From contig OZ241855.1 of the NCBI GenBank assembly GCA_965202785.1, positions 256,001 through 320,000 of the forward strand: a stretch of 64,000 nt of DNA. Direction: 5' to 3'. The notes beneath the pieces are model-generated. The model made no database searches and was not told the origin of the DNA. It saw only the letters and a list, made by a program, of their open reading frames with translations. The number at the start of each line of letters is the position of its first letter. The first letter of the stretch is position 1. The translations under genes were made by a program, and so were the position numbers. Positions 17,713 through 28,383 of the stretch are shown one piece after another. This DNA is from Thermodesulfobacteriota bacterium (GTDB lineage: Bacteria; Desulfobacterota_D; UBA1144; Nemesobacterales; Nemesobacteraceae).

Positions 17713-18119
17713 ACTACATGCTCGATACGGACACCTTCAGCTACATCATGCACCATCACGCTTTATCGGTTGTCAAAGCCCTAGACGAGAAAATGCGTGC
17801 GGGCCATGTTATCTGCATCTCAGTGATCACTTATCAGGAACTGCGCTTTGGGGCAGAACGACGTGGTTCCGTGAAATATCACAACTTGATCGATACGATC
17901 TGCAACCGGCTTGACTATATAGCCGAATGGAATACGGAATGTGCTGACCAATTTGCCGTCGTTCAGTCCTCCTTACTGAAGAAAGGGATGCCGATCGGCT
18001 ATACAGATGCCATGATCGCTTCTCACGCCATCTGTCTTGGCGCTACACTGGTAACGAACAACTACAAACACTTCTCAAACGTGGACGGTTTGTCTCTGGA
18101 CAACTGGGTTTCGTCTTGA
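17709..18119 (+). CDS. vapC: VapC PIN-domain toxin
   Basis: YMLDTD, ELRFG, DAMIASHA, LVTNN. Confidence 0.93.
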   Translation: MNYMLDTDTFSYIMHHHALSVVKALDEKMRAGHVICISVITYQELRFGAERRGSVKYHNLIDTICNRLDYIAEWNTECADQFAVVQSSLLKKGMPIGYTDAMIASHAICLGATLVTNNYKHFSNVDGLSLDNWVSS

Positions 18120-18396
18120 TTTACCCTTGTTCAACCTGATGTCTTTAGAGGATAAGAAAAGGTGCTGTCTATCGCGTCAATCAGGACTAAGTGATTTTTA
18201 CCGAATGTGGCGGTTACAAGTGCAGATCAACTGAAGTTGCGCTTAACCCGTCCCCAAGAACTACAGACTCCTAGGTTTTCTCTTTCCATTTAAAACAGTT
18301 CTTCCGCAAGAAACGGACAAAAAATTATCTTTCCTCTTTCTTTGAAATCCCCGCAGGTATGTTGTCCGTCTACATTGTTTTGTATAGAGTATCACC

Positions 18397-19356
18397 ATGT
18401 CGAAAATGCTCTTCGTTATGGACCCGATTGAGTCCATAAACATAAACAAGGACACCACCTTCGTAATAATGCTTGAATGCCAGGCGAGAGGACACGAAAT
18501 CCGCTACTGCGAACTCAAGGATCTTTTCGTCAAGGACTCTATGGCCTGGGCGGATTCAACAAAGCTTCGCCTCGAGAGAAAAAGCGATTACTACGCCAAG
18601 GGTTCCACGGAAACCTCCCCGCTTGACGACTTCGACGTCGTATGGATGAGAAAAGATCCTCCCTTCAACATGGACTATATCTACTCAACCTACATACTAA
18701 GCAGGGTTGACGAATCCGAAACGCCTGTGATCAACCATCCGGCCGGAATAAGGGAATCCAACGAGAAGATATACAGCCTTAATTTTGCCGACTACATCCC
18801 CCCTACCCTGGTTTCAAAAGACATTGGAAAGCTAAAAGAGTTTCTCTGCGAAACCGGCAATGAAATGGTGGTAAAGCCGCTTGACGGCTACGGCGGGGAG
18901 GGAATTTTCCTCGTAAGGGCCGAGGATCCCAACCTCAACGTCATACTCGAGAACATAACGGACTTCGGGCGGACCTACGTGATGGCCCAGAAATTCATAA
19001 AAGAGGTTTCCCAGGGAGACAAAAGGGTTATAATTCTAAACGGCCAGCCCATAGGAGCCGTGATGAGGGTAGCCGCAAAGGGAGAATTCAGAAGCAACTT
19101 CCACTCCGGAGGACATCCCGAGAAAACCACGCTTACGGAAAGGGATCTGCAAATATGCGACGGCCTCAGACAGAAACTCATAGAAGACCGGCTCTATCTG
19201 GTCGGAATCGACATAGTCGGAGGGTATCTGACCGAAGTCAACACCACGAGCCCGACATGCGTTCAGGAAATAAATTTTTTCAGCGGGACAAAGCTTGAAT
19301 CGCAGATAGTCGATTTTGCGGAGAGCATTGTCTGCGGGCCTCCAGAGAGCCGTTAA
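18397..19356 (+). CDS. gshB: Glutathione synthetase
   Basis: MDPI, KDTT, MRKDPPF, EVNTTSPT. Confidence 0.95.
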   Translation: MSKMLFVMDPIESININKDTTFVIMLECQARGHEIRYCELKDLFVKDSMAWADSTKLRLERKSDYYAKGSTETSPLDDFDVVWMRKDPPFNMDYIYSTYILSRVDESETPVINHPAGIRESNEKIYSLNFADYIPPTLVSKDIGKLKEFLCETGNEMVVKPLDGYGGEGIFLVRAEDPNLNVILENITDFGRTYVMAQKFIKEVSQGDKRVIILNGQPIGAVMRVAAKGEFRSNFHSGGHPEKTTLTERDLQICDGLRQKLIEDRLYLVGIDIVGGYLTEVNTTSPTCVQEINFFSGTKLESQIVDFAESIVCGPPESR

Positions 19357-19394
19357 AAATCTCCGGGCAAAAGACCCCGCGCAGGACTCTGACC

Positions 19395-19691
19395 ATGAAA
19401 ATATCAAAAAAAGACGTGCTCAACACAGCCGAGCTTGCAAGGCTTGAGTTCGATGACGAAACGCTTTCGAAATTCACCCGTCAGCTCGGAGACATCCTCG
19501 TCCACATAGATGAGCTTGCCGAGCTTGATACGGAAAACGTAGAGCCCACATCGCATGTGCTTGAACTCTCAATCCCCTTCCGAAAAGACGAGGTGGATCA
19601 GCTAATAACGGCTGAAGACGCCCTTAGCAACGCACCCAGCAAAGAAAACGATTTTTTCACGGTTCCAAAAGTCATAGAGGACCAGAGCTAA
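19395..19691 (+). CDS. gatC: Asp/Glu-tRNA amidotransferase subunit C
   Basis: AELARL, VEPT, NAP, VPKVI. Confidence 0.93.
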   Translation: MKISKKDVLNTAELARLEFDDETLSKFTRQLGDILVHIDELAELDTENVEPTSHVLELSIPFRKDEVDQLITAEDALSNAPSKENDFFTVPKVIEDQS

Positions 19692-19695
19692 CCCG

Positions 19696-21159
19696 ATGTC
19701 CATTCCAAGAACCATAAAAGAGGCAGCCGCGTTAATAGGAAAAAGAGAGGCTTCCCCGGTGGAACTAGCCGAACTTTTTCTCGAGCGCATATCCTCTGAG
19801 GACGCAAAAATAAACTCTTACATAACCGTCTGGGAAGAAGCGGCCCTGAAGGCCGCCAGAAAGGCAGAAAAAGAAATATCCGAAGGGAACTATCTGGGTC
19901 CTCTCCATGGAGTCCCAATAGGGCTTAAAGATATTTTCGTGACAAAAGACTCGCGGACCACCTGCGGGTCGAAAATGCTGCGGGATTTCGTCTCCCCCTA
20001 TAATTCCACCGTGGCCGGGAAACTCATGGCAAGCGGTTCCGTAGTGCTCGGAAAAAACAACATGGACGAGTTCGCCATGGGATCTTCAAACGAGACATCC
20101 TACTTCGGACCGGTAAAAAACCCTTGGGACACCGACAGGGTCCCGGGAGGATCAAGCGGAGGAAGCGCCGCCGCCACGGCGGCAAATCTGTGCGTCGCGT
20201 CAGTCGGAACAGACACCGGGGGTTCCATAAGACAGCCCGGTTCCCTCTGCGGAGTAGTGGGAATGAAACCCACCTACGGAAGGGTTAGCCGCTACGGCAT
20301 GATCGCATTCGCTTCTTCCCTTGATCAGGCGGGACCGCTTGCGAAAACCGTGGAGGACGCGGCCATAATCCTCTCCTCCATAGCGGGCCATGACCCGATG
20401 GACTCAACATCCGTAAACCTCCCAGCCGCTGACTACGCAAGCGCGCTCAGTGCGGACATAAAGGGGCTGCGGGTAGGGATACCGAAGGAATACTTCGTTT
20501 CGGGGATGGATCCCGAAGTGGAAAAATCCGTCCGTAAAGCTATCGCCGAACTTGAAACCCTGGGAGCGGAGATTGTGGAGATTTCACTTCCTCACTCCCG
20601 CTACGCGGTTTCAACCTACTATATAATAGCCCCTTCTGAAGCAAGTTCGAATCTAGCGAGATACGACGGGGTAAGATACACATACCGTTGCGAAAATCCG
20701 GAAACCCTGAGGGACTTGTTTTTCAGAAGCCGCTCGGAAGGATTCGGAGACGAAGTGAAAAGAAGAATAATGCTTGGGACCTATGCCCTCTCCACGGGCT
20801 ATTACGACGCTTATTACCTGAAAGCCCAGCAGGCAAGAACACTTATAATAAGGGATTTTGACAGTGCGTGGGAAAAAGTTGACGTCATAGCGAGCGCCAC
20901 TTCCCCTGAAACCGCTTTCAGGATAGGCGAAAAAACAGACGACCCCCTTAAAATGTACCTCTCGGACATACTTACCATCCCCTGCAATATAGCGGGGCTC
21001 CCCGGAATATCAGTCCCCTGCGGATTCAGCTCAGAAAAGCTTCCGATAGGGCTTCAGATAATGGGAAAGCCGTTTGACGAGCAGACTGTGCTCAACGTCG
21101 CGTACGCTTACGAGCAAAGCACGAAGTGGTACGAAAAAGAAGTGTCCCCTCTTGGTTAA
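19696..21159 (+). CDS. gatA: Asp/Glu-tRNA amidotransferase subunit A
   Basis: [18 protein letters not shown] amidase signature, EVKRRIMLG. Confidence 0.97.
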   Translation: MSIPRTIKEAAALIGKREASPVELAELFLERISSEDAKINSYITVWEEAALKAARKAEKEISEGNYLGPLHGVPIGLKDIFVTKDSRTTCGSKMLRDFVSPYNSTVAGKLMASGSVVLGKNNMDEFAMGSSNETSYFGPVKNPWDTDRVPGGSSGGSAAATAANLCVASVGTDTGGSIRQPGSLCGVVGMKPTYGRVSRYGMIAFASSLDQAGPLAKTVEDAAIILSSIAGHDPMDSTSVNLPAADYASALSADIKGLRVGIPKEYFVSGMDPEVEKSVRKAIAELETLGAEIVEISLPHSRYAVSTYYIIAPSEASSNLARYDGVRYTYRCENPETLRDLFFRSRSEGFGDEVKRRIMLGTYALSTGYYDAYYLKAQQARTLIIRDFDSAWEKVDVIASATSPETAFRIGEKTDDPLKMYLSDILTIPCNIAGLPGISVPCGFSSEKLPIGLQIMGKPFDEQTVLNVAYAYEQSTKWYEKEVSPLG

Positions 21160-21368
21160 TCGCAACCCGGGATACACCTCGGCCCAAAAACATGTTATTA
21201 TCGAAAATATGAAGCTTCTTTTCACGGGACGGCGCGGCAACTCATGAATGAATGCTCTGGATACCGTGAAAAGCAGTACGTACCCTGCGGATGGTCATAA
21301 TTCGTCTGCCCATTTTCACTGCGGACGTGTTATAATGGCAATATAGTCTTTAACAAGGAGAAACAACC

Positions 21369-21539
21369 GTGAGTAAAGACAAGAAATGCATGATGTGCGG
21401 CAAGCCTTCTCCTGATAGCATATGCGACCCTTGCAAGGCAAGCGTTCAGGCCGAAGCCGCCGGGGAAAAAGCGAAAATGGAAAGGAGCGTAAAAGTCGGC
21501 GGGAAAATGGCCGACGAACAGTCCAAACAGCGTTCCTGA
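21369..21539 (+). CDS. 56-aa CxxC/CxxC zinc-ribbon-like small protein (absent from ORF track)
   Basis: AAGGAG RBS, GTG start, MSKDKKCMMCGKPSPDSICDPCK..., upstream TGnTATAAT. Confidence 0.7.
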   Translation: MSKDKKCMMCGKPSPDSICDPCKASVQAEAAGEKAKMERSVKVGGKMADEQSKQRS

Positions 21540-21645
21540 TCAATCAGCCTCCCCGGACTCGAAAAACCTTTCTGTATATTCGGCTTTAGCTTGTCGGATA
21601 TATCAGAGAGCAATTCGTTAATCTTTTTCACTGTTTCCAGATCGC

Positions 21646-21690
21646 AATTTATTATGTTGACAAACATAATGTTTCCCTGCATAATAAATT
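21646..21690. promoter_or_regulatory. Nested inverted repeats upstream of the ATPase gene
   Basis: AATTTATTATG/CATAATAAATT (11 bp) and ATTATGTT/AACATAAT (8 bp) overlapping a TTGACA. Confidence 0.6.
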
Positions 21691-21691
21691 C

Positions 21692-23080
21692 ATGGATTTT
21701 ATTGATCGACTTGAAGAAATGCGCAGACTCGATAATGCGCTACGTCGTCCGGGCGGATTCGCCGTTATCTGGGGCCGACGTCGGGTGGGGAAGTCGCGTC
21801 TGCTTATCGAGTGGTCCAAGCGTAACGAGGGTCTCTACACCGTCGCGGACCAGTCAGCTCCCGCCGTGCAGAGACGCTACCTGGCGTCTGCGGTGGCAAA
21901 GCGGTTCCCGGGATTTGCGGATGTCGAGTATCCAGACTGGCGGGCGTTTTTCACACGTCTCGCAGCCGAAGCAGCACGCACAAAATGGCATGGCCCCTTT
22001 ATTCTTGACGAACTGCCATATCTGGTTGCGGCTGACCCTACCGTGGCAAGCGTTCTTCAGAACTGGCTTGACGGCCCCGGGCATCGGCCCTGCGTAGTAG
22101 TCAGCGGGTCTGTCCTGCGGATGATGCGCAGTGCGATCCTTGATGCGGACGCGCCGCTTTACGGGCGCGCGACAGAATCCTTCGCCATTCGTCCTCTCAG
22201 ACCCGGACATCTCAGCAACGTATTCGCTGTATCCGCTCCCAAGGAACTTGTTTACCTCTATACGCTCTGGGGCGGTATGCCAAGATACTGGGAGCTTGCC
22301 GAGCCGTTCGGTACGGATTTTGATTCCGCCGTTGACTCGCTGGTTCTTGATCCCTCGGGACCTCTGCACAACGAGCCTGACCGGCTGTTGCTTGAGGAAA
22401 CGCCGTCTGCGGTTGCCCTGCGGCCGCTTCTTGACGTTATTGGCTCGGGCGCGCACAGGGTAAGCGAAATCGGCGCCCGACTAGGTCGCCCCGCATCAAG
22501 CCTTCCGAGACCATTGTCGACGCTCGCGGAAATGAACCTTGTACTTCGCGAGGTTCCATTCGGAAGCGACACCCGTTCCGGCAAGCGAAGTCTGTACAGA
22601 ATCGCCGATCCGTTTTTTCGCCTGTGGTTTCGTGTCGTTGCGCCCCACCGCGCCGCCATGGCGGAGGCTCCGCGCGAAACGCGTCTTGGTTACTGGCACA
22701 GGTACAGGACGGGGCTTGAATCAGCCGCCTGGGAAGAACTTTGCAGAATGGCCGTACCCTTTCTTCACCTAAATGGCGGTCCGCTGGCTGAACTTGGCCC
22801 CTGGGAGCCTGCTCAGCGCTACTGGCACGGCAATGATCCCGAATTTGACGTTGTCGCTCGTTCAGTTGACGGAGTCAGGACACTGGTGGGCGAGGCCAAA
22901 TGGGGAAAGCGCGCGGCTAAACCGCAGCGCGGCAGTACGGATATCCTTCCAGGCACGACAGAAAGCAAAGTGGTAAGGGTTTTGTTTGTTCCTGACGCAG
23001 ACACTGTGTCAGGCACCGCGGACAACACCCATATCGTTGATGCGGGTGCGGTTATGACGGCCCTTTGCGGCGACAGTTAA
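21692..23080 (+). CDS. Archaeal-type ATPase, wHTH and DUF234 PD-(D/E)xK domain protein
   Basis: FIDR..E, GRRRVGKS, ILDE, GGMPRY, DPFFRLWF, EFD...GEAKW. Confidence 0.88.
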   Translation: MDFIDRLEEMRRLDNALRRPGGFAVIWGRRRVGKSRLLIEWSKRNEGLYTVADQSAPAVQRRYLASAVAKRFPGFADVEYPDWRAFFTRLAAEAARTKWHGPFILDELPYLVAADPTVASVLQNWLDGPGHRPCVVVSGSVLRMMRSAILDADAPLYGRATESFAIRPLRPGHLSNVFAVSAPKELVYLYTLWGGMPRYWELAEPFGTDFDSAVDSLVLDPSGPLHNEPDRLLLEETPSAVALRPLLDVIGSGAHRVSEIGARLGRPASSLPRPLSTLAEMNLVLREVPFGSDTRSGKRSLYRIADPFFRLWFRVVAPHRAAMAEAPRETRLGYWHRYRTGLESAAWEELCRMAVPFLHLNGGPLAELGPWEPAQRYWHGNDPEFDVVARSVDGVRTLVGEAKWGKRAAKPQRGSTDILPGTTESKVVRVLFVPDADTVSGTADNTHIVDAGAVMTALCGDS

Positions 23081-23130
23081 TAAAACAGCCGACAGGAGAG
23101 CAAACCGGAGACAAAATCCTTTTCCTTTTT

Positions 23131-23982
23131 TCACGGAACCGGCCCGTCGCCGTCCCAGATTTCAAGAGCCACTCTGTATATTCCGTTTTTAGAAACTCCG
23201 AAGGCTCTGCTTACAAGGGAAACGGCTTCACTCAGCGAAAATCCCCGTTCCCTGAGAAGCCAAAGCGTGCTCTGAGCCGCATCAGCAGACGCCTCGCTGT
23301 GCCCGTCCCCGCTCCCTTCCACAACTACCGTCACCTCCCCTTTCAGAGTTTCTCTTTCTGAAAGAACAGAAATCACCTCGGACAATGATCCCCTGAGCAC
23401 TTCTTCATAAAGTTTTGTCATTTCCCTTGCGACGCAGATATTCCTGTCGCCGAGAATCTCCAGCATAAGACTCAATGTACGTGAAAGTCTCTTGGCGGAC
23501 TCGTAAAAAACCAGAGTATAAGGGTAGCGTTTTACGTCCTTTAGAAGCTCTTTCTTCTTGGCTATGGTCTTCGGAAAAAACCCGAGAAAAAGAAAACTGT
23601 CCGTGGGAAGTCCCGAAACAACAAGCGCTGACAAAACGGCCGAAGGACCGGGTACGGGAACTACTTCTATATTGTTTTCAATCGAGAGATTTACAAGCCT
23701 CCACCCGGGGTCGGAAACCGAAGGAGTTCCGGCGTCGGAAACAAGCCCTATGTTCTTGCCGTCTTTGAGTCTTTCAAGCAGCTTGGGCGATTTCTCAACC
23801 TCGTTGTGTTCATGGTAGCTTGTGAGGTTGGTTTCGATTCCGTAACGGGCAAGAAGTTTTTTTGTGTTTCTCGTATCCTCGCACGCTATAACATCACAAT
23901 CCTTAAGAACGTTTACAGCCCGCAAAGTTATGTCTTCAAGATTTCCTATCGGGGTAGAGACCACGAAGAGTTTTCCAAACAT
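23131..23982 (-). CDS. rsmI: 16S rRNA (C1402-2'-O) methyltransferase
   Basis: TPIGNLEDIT, EDTR, SDAGTP, REMTK. Confidence 0.95.
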   Translation of the reverse strand: MFGKLFVVSTPIGNLEDITLRAVNVLKDCDVIACEDTRNTKKLLARYGIETNLTSYHEHNEVEKSPKLLERLKDGKNIGLVSDAGTPSVSDPGWRLVNLSIENNIEVVPVPGPSAVLSALVVSGLPTDSFLFLGFFPKTIAKKKELLKDVKRYPYTLVFYESAKRLSRTLSLMLEILGDRNICVAREMTKLYEEVLRGSLSEVISVLSERETLKGEVTVVVEGSGDGHSEASADAAQSTLWLLRERGFSLSEAVSLVSRAFGVSKNGIYRVALEIWDGDGPVP

Positions 23983-24078
23983 ACTGTTATTCGGTAAACG
24001 TCCGGGCATTGAAAAGCGGTTTGCTATATGTGCTCCTTATTTTCCAAGATAAGGAAACCTGTTTTCCACAGCTTGCCG

Positions 24079-24161
<83 letters not shown>

Positions 24162-24198
24162 GGCAAAAGTCAGATTATACAGATAAACCAGACGCACT

Positions 24199-24633
24199 TC
24201 ACTGATCTTTCACCGTAACAGTTATTTTCTCCGAAAGCACGGGAGGTTTATGAGGTATGTGCACATAATTACCCAGCAGCAAACGCAGTGTATGCTTCCC
24301 GGGGGCGAGGGTTATCTCCGTTTCCGTCTGCCCGCCTCCGAAGTGCTTTACGTTCTCGCTGAAAACAAGAGGTTTTTCCATGTCCGGCAGACCCTCAAGA
24401 TCGATTAAAAGATGGTGGTGTCCGGTATTTGGGGCCTTGACCCCGGCCGGAGCGACTCCCATGTTCACAAGCCCGAATCTTACGGTGAAAGTCTTAGCGA
24501 CAACCTCCCCGTCTTTCGGGGAAATGATATACACCTTGGCGCCGGGAGGAGATTCGGAAAAATGCTCTTCCGCAAAGGCCGTACTCCATGACATGGCCAC
24601 GGCTATGAAAAACAAAAGAAATATTCTGTTCAT
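24199..24633 (-). CDS. DUF4399 family exported protein
   Basis: Signal peptide, TGHHHLLID, HFGGGQTE, PGKHTL. Confidence 0.85.
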   Translation of the reverse strand: MNRIFLLFFIAVAMSWSTAFAEEHFSESPPGAKVYIISPKDGEVVAKTFTVRFGLVNMGVAPAGVKAPNTGHHHLLIDLEGLPDMEKPLVFSENVKHFGGGQTETEITLAPGKHTLRLLLGNYVHIPHKPPVLSEKITVTVKDQ

Positions 24634-24694
24634 TGTTATCGCCTCAAAATTTTTAATTGTGAAAACATTTCTGTGTTAAAAATACATGTTTTTT

Positions 24695-25693
24695 TCAGGA
24701 AAGATCAACCACAACCCTCCCAACCTGACCGCCCTCCAGTATAGTGTCTATTTCTGGATTAAGATCTTCAAGGGAAACCGTTCTGCACATCTGCTCAAGG
24801 ATATCGAGCTTCCACTCGCCGGATATCTTTTCCCATACAAGCCGCCTTCTTTCCATAGGACAGCTTGCCGAATCTATGCCCACAAGGGTAACTCCCCTCA
24901 ATATGAACGGATATACATTTATGTTGAGTTCATGGGAAGCGACATTGCCGCATGTCGTCACAACGCCTCTTTGTCCCGTGGACTTAATAGCGGTGGCAAG
25001 CATCTCTCCTCCCACGGTATCGACCACCCCGGCCCACTGCCCCTTAAGCAGCAGTCTGCCCGAAGGGTCAGTTAAATCCTCTCTCCCGATGACTTCCTCC
25101 GCCCCCAAATCCACCAGAAACTGTTCTTGGTCGGTCTTTCCCGTGGAAGCCGTCACGCTGTAGCCGGCTTTTCCAAGAATAGCGACGGCCATGCTGCCGA
25201 CCCCTCCGGTCGCCCCGGTTACGAGGATCTTTCCGCCTTCAGGCCCCACTCCGCCCTCCACAATTCTTAACACTGACTGTGCCGCCGTAAAACCCGCGGT
25301 GCCGTACATCATCGATTCTTTTAGATCAAGTCCCGCAGGCAGGTTAACCACCCAGTCAGCCGGAACCCTCACGTATTGTCCGAATCCTCCTGAGGTATCC
25401 ATTCCAAGGTCGTAGCCATGCACTATTACCCTATCTCCGGGTTTAAACTCCCCGCTTTCTGAATGCTCGACTACGCCGGCTGCGTCAACGCCGGGCGTAT
25501 GAGGATAATTCTTGGTAACGCCCCTGTTTCCTATGGCCGAAAGAGCATCCTTGTAGTTAAGGGATGAATACTTTACGTTCAGCAGCACTTCCCCGTCGGG
25601 AAGACTGTTTAGTTCTCTGGTTGTGATTTCCCTGGTGAATTTCCCGTCTTCCCCCCTGCTTATAACCATCGCCTTGAAATTATCAGAACTCAT
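24695..25693 (-). CDS. acuI: YhdH/AcuI family NADPH quinone or acryloyl-CoA reductase
   Basis: YSSLNYKD, GTAGFTA, GATGGVG, PFILRGV. Confidence 0.85.
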   Translation of the reverse strand: MSSDNFKAMVISRGEDGKFTREITTRELNSLPDGEVLLNVKYSSLNYKDALSAIGNRGVTKNYPHTPGVDAAGVVEHSESGEFKPGDRVIVHGYDLGMDTSGGFGQYVRVPADWVVNLPAGLDLKESMMYGTAGFTAAQSVLRIVEGGVGPEGGKILVTGATGGVGSMAVAILGKAGYSVTASTGKTDQEQFLVDLGAEEVIGREDLTDPSGRLLLKGQWAGVVDTVGGEMLATAIKSTGQRGVVTTCGNVASHELNINVYPFILRGVTLVGIDSASCPMERRRLVWEKISGEWKLDILEQMCRTVSLEDLNPEIDTILEGGQVGRVVVDLS

Positions 25694-25705
25694 TTAAAAC
25701 CTCCT

Positions 25706-26614
25706 TCAGTCGCGGTTTTCATCTCCGCAAAGATCCTCAAGCGCAAGTAAAAGCGCCTGCGTCCCGAGCCTTCCGTGCCCAAGCGCGCTCGCCCTTTCAT
25801 AAAGGGATTTAACAAGCGCAAGCCCCGGAAGATCAATTCCCATCCGCTGCGATTCCCCAAGAGCAATCTCCATGTCCTTTATGAAATGTTCTACGAAAAA
25901 GCCCGGGTCGAAATCTCCGTCCATTATTCTGGGGCCAAGATTATTCAGAAGCCAACTCGATGCCGCGCCGCTCCCCACGGAACGAAGCATGGTACGGGGA
26001 TCAAGCCCCGCCTTCCGGCAATAAATCAAGTTCTCGCAGATCCCTATCATTACTCCCGCTACCGTAATCTGGTTGCACATCTTCGCGTGCTGACCGGAAC
26101 CCGTCTTCCCCTGGTATACAATGTTTTTTCCTAAAAGCCCCAGAAGCGGCTTTACCGAATTAAAAGCTTCCTCATCCCCTCCAACCATTATTGAAAGCTC
26201 TCCCTTAACAGCACCTACGTCTCCCCCGGAGACCGGAGCGTCCAAAGAAGCGCAGCCTAATCCAAACGCCTTTTCATATATCTCTCCCGCAAGAGTCGGT
26301 TCGGTCGTGGTCATGTCAACGAAGATGCGACCGGTCTCGGGCTCGATCAGAAGGCCGTCACGACCGAAATATACTTCTCTTACGTCATCCGGATAACCGA
26401 CAATGGTAAAGACGACATCGGCCTGGCGGACAACCTCGGCGGGAGAGTCGCACCAGATCGCCCCTTCACTCAGCAGTTCCACCGCCTTTTGCTTCGTTCT
26501 GTTAAAAACAAAAACGCGGTACCCGGCGCGAACGAGGTGTCCGCACATGGGCGCGCCCATGATCCCCGTTCCTACCCACCCTATCGAACTTTGTTCGGGA
26601 CTTATTTCATTCAT
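25706..26614 (-). CDS. Beta-hydroxyacid dehydrogenase (3-hydroxyisobutyrate DH family)
   Basis: GWVGTGIMG, DAPVSGG, KMCNQ, KDM. Confidence 0.9.
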   Translation of the reverse strand: MNEISPEQSSIGWVGTGIMGAPMCGHLVRAGYRVFVFNRTKQKAVELLSEGAIWCDSPAEVVRQADVVFTIVGYPDDVREVYFGRDGLLIEPETGRIFVDMTTTEPTLAGEIYEKAFGLGCASLDAPVSGGDVGAVKGELSIMVGGDEEAFNSVKPLLGLLGKNIVYQGKTGSGQHAKMCNQITVAGVMIGICENLIYCRKAGLDPRTMLRSVGSGAASSWLLNNLGPRIMDGDFDPGFFVEHFIKDMEIALGESQRMGIDLPGLALVKSLYERASALGHGRLGTQALLLALEDLCGDENRD

Positions 26615-26632
26615 TTGCGCTGAAAACTATTG

Positions 26633-28303
26633 CTAAGCAACTTCTTGACGCTTAAGCATGGGAAGATATTTCCCGCCAAGGAGTATGTGCCCCTCGCTTG
26701 AACCGGCAAGAAGCCTTTGCACGAGATATTCTCTGTCAGGCCCGAGAACGTTAACCCCGTGGTCTGACTCGACAAGGCACAGAAGCTTTATGTCGCTGCC
26801 GTTTTTGGTTGCGGTTTCATAAACCGCGGAATAGTTGAGAAGAGCGGCTTCCACGGTGCCGCAGGGAAGAGAGGGATTCCGGGCTCCGGCGTGGTGTTCG
26901 CTCACGCCGAACCAGCATGGGTCAGGGTAGCCGTGAAAATGCAGAATGGACATTTCCTTCTCAATCAGAGAAGGGGCATAAAGAGCGGAGGAAAGTGCCT
27001 GAGAGAGTATAACGTAAGTATCAAAAGACGGCCTTATGTCTTTTCTTCCCAAGTCGACTCCTCTGGGTATCTCGAGATGAAGCTTTCCCTTCACAAGGCC
27101 AATTCTGACTATATCCGAATCCGGATTCAGGTTTGTTTTATCGCATCCCGACCTTGAAGTAACAATCCAGATGTCAGGAACCTGCTGGTACACCGTCTCA
27201 TCACCGAGAAGGGTTTTAACATACCATCTGTCGTTCGAGGCCGCTCTTACCTCCTCGGGGTTGTAACCCGCAATTTCCTGCAGGGAATTCCACATATCCC
27301 CGTCGATATATTTATCCCCATCGTATCCTGGGGGCTCGGCAAGCGCGATGAAGCCGTACGAAACTCCGGTCCTCCCGTCAAGTATCTTGTTCGCCACATC
27401 CCTGTGCGACAGGCGCTTTATCGCATCTACAAACTTTGACCCAGCGGGAAAAAGATCGGTGCTTTTAAGGTCCGCACCCAGGGCAGACAGCTTCTGGGCG
27501 TATTCAAATTCCTTCGGGTCGTATTCGCTTACGGAAAAACGCGTCAGAACGGGTGGCTTTATGGGAGCGTATATCTTCGGAATAAGCGAATAAAGCACGA
27601 AATCATCAAGCTGACCATGGGTATATATGGAATCGGAGAGATTCATGTTTATTATCGCAAAATTCCTGTGCGAAACCCCTATAACGATCTCCGACATGTT
27701 GGTTATCAGGTTTTTCAGGCCTAGGGAGATTTTTCTTTCATAAGTCGTATCCTCATTCTCAAACTCCGGGTCAAGTGACATTATCGTGATAACCTGAGTG
27801 TTATAGGGATCCTGGAGATAGCCGACGGTGAAATCGTCCGCCCAGCCGCTTATCTTCAGTATGCTGCTGACCGAAAGGGTATCTTTCCTGACAAACCTGT
27901 AGATGTTCTCGGCCACCTTGCTCAGAAACCACCTGAGCGGAGAAAGCTTCTTTTTAACGTCTATTACGGCGTTTACCTTCCTCCTCACGGACCTAAGTCC
28001 CATGAGCTTGGAAAACATTCCGTAAGATGCGTCCTCAATTGTTGCGTCTTCCCAGGAAATAACGTTGACCCCGTTGCTCAGAAGCGAGTTCCTGAGTCTC
28101 TCCCTGTACGCGTTTATCTCGGTGTCCGGGTAATTTTTCGGAATCGGCTTGAAGGTTACGGTAACCCGCTCCGACATCTCAGTGGGATTTTTGGGATTGA
28201 CTAGGTTTTTTATCTTCGGCATTCCGGCAAGTGCCGCTATGGTCCGCAGATCTAAATCCGCAATTCCCTGACGATCGTTCATAAAAAAGACAACCTCACA
28301 CAA
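26633..28303 (-). CDS. Hypothetical protein, possible C-terminal class II aldolase-like metal site
   Basis: 556-aa ORF; HFHGY, PCGT and DHG motifs near the C-terminus. Confidence 0.6.
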   Translation of the reverse strand: MCEVVFFMNDRQGIADLDLRTIAALAGMPKIKNLVNPKNPTEMSERVTVTFKPIPKNYPDTEINAYRERLRNSLLSNGVNVISWEDATIEDASYGMFSKLMGLRSVRRKVNAVIDVKKKLSPLRWFLSKVAENIYRFVRKDTLSVSSILKISGWADDFTVGYLQDPYNTQVITIMSLDPEFENEDTTYERKISLGLKNLITNMSEIVIGVSHRNFAIINMNLSDSIYTHGQLDDFVLYSLIPKIYAPIKPPVLTRFSVSEYDPKEFEYAQKLSALGADLKSTDLFPAGSKFVDAIKRLSHRDVANKILDGRTGVSYGFIALAEPPGYDGDKYIDGDMWNSLQEIAGYNPEEVRAASNDRWYVKTLLGDETVYQQVPDIWIVTSRSGCDKTNLNPDSDIVRIGLVKGKLHLEIPRGVDLGRKDIRPSFDTYVILSQALSSALYAPSLIEKEMSILHFHGYPDPCWFGVSEHHAGARNPSLPCGTVEAALLNYSAVYETATKNGSDIKLLCLVESDHGVNVLGPDREYLVQRLLAGSSEGHILLGGKYLPMLKRQEVA

Positions 28304-28383
28304 CTCGTATCAGAGTACAGGTAAAGGGGCAAACAAAACAGAGCAAACGAAAGTTCCAACCAAGCCCGGACAACCTCTAGAGT

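Noticed and set aside
21218-21273. 10-bp inverted repeat CTTTTCACGG/CCGTGAAAAG after gatA
   Set aside because: Long loop, no U-tract and no second copy; function unsupported
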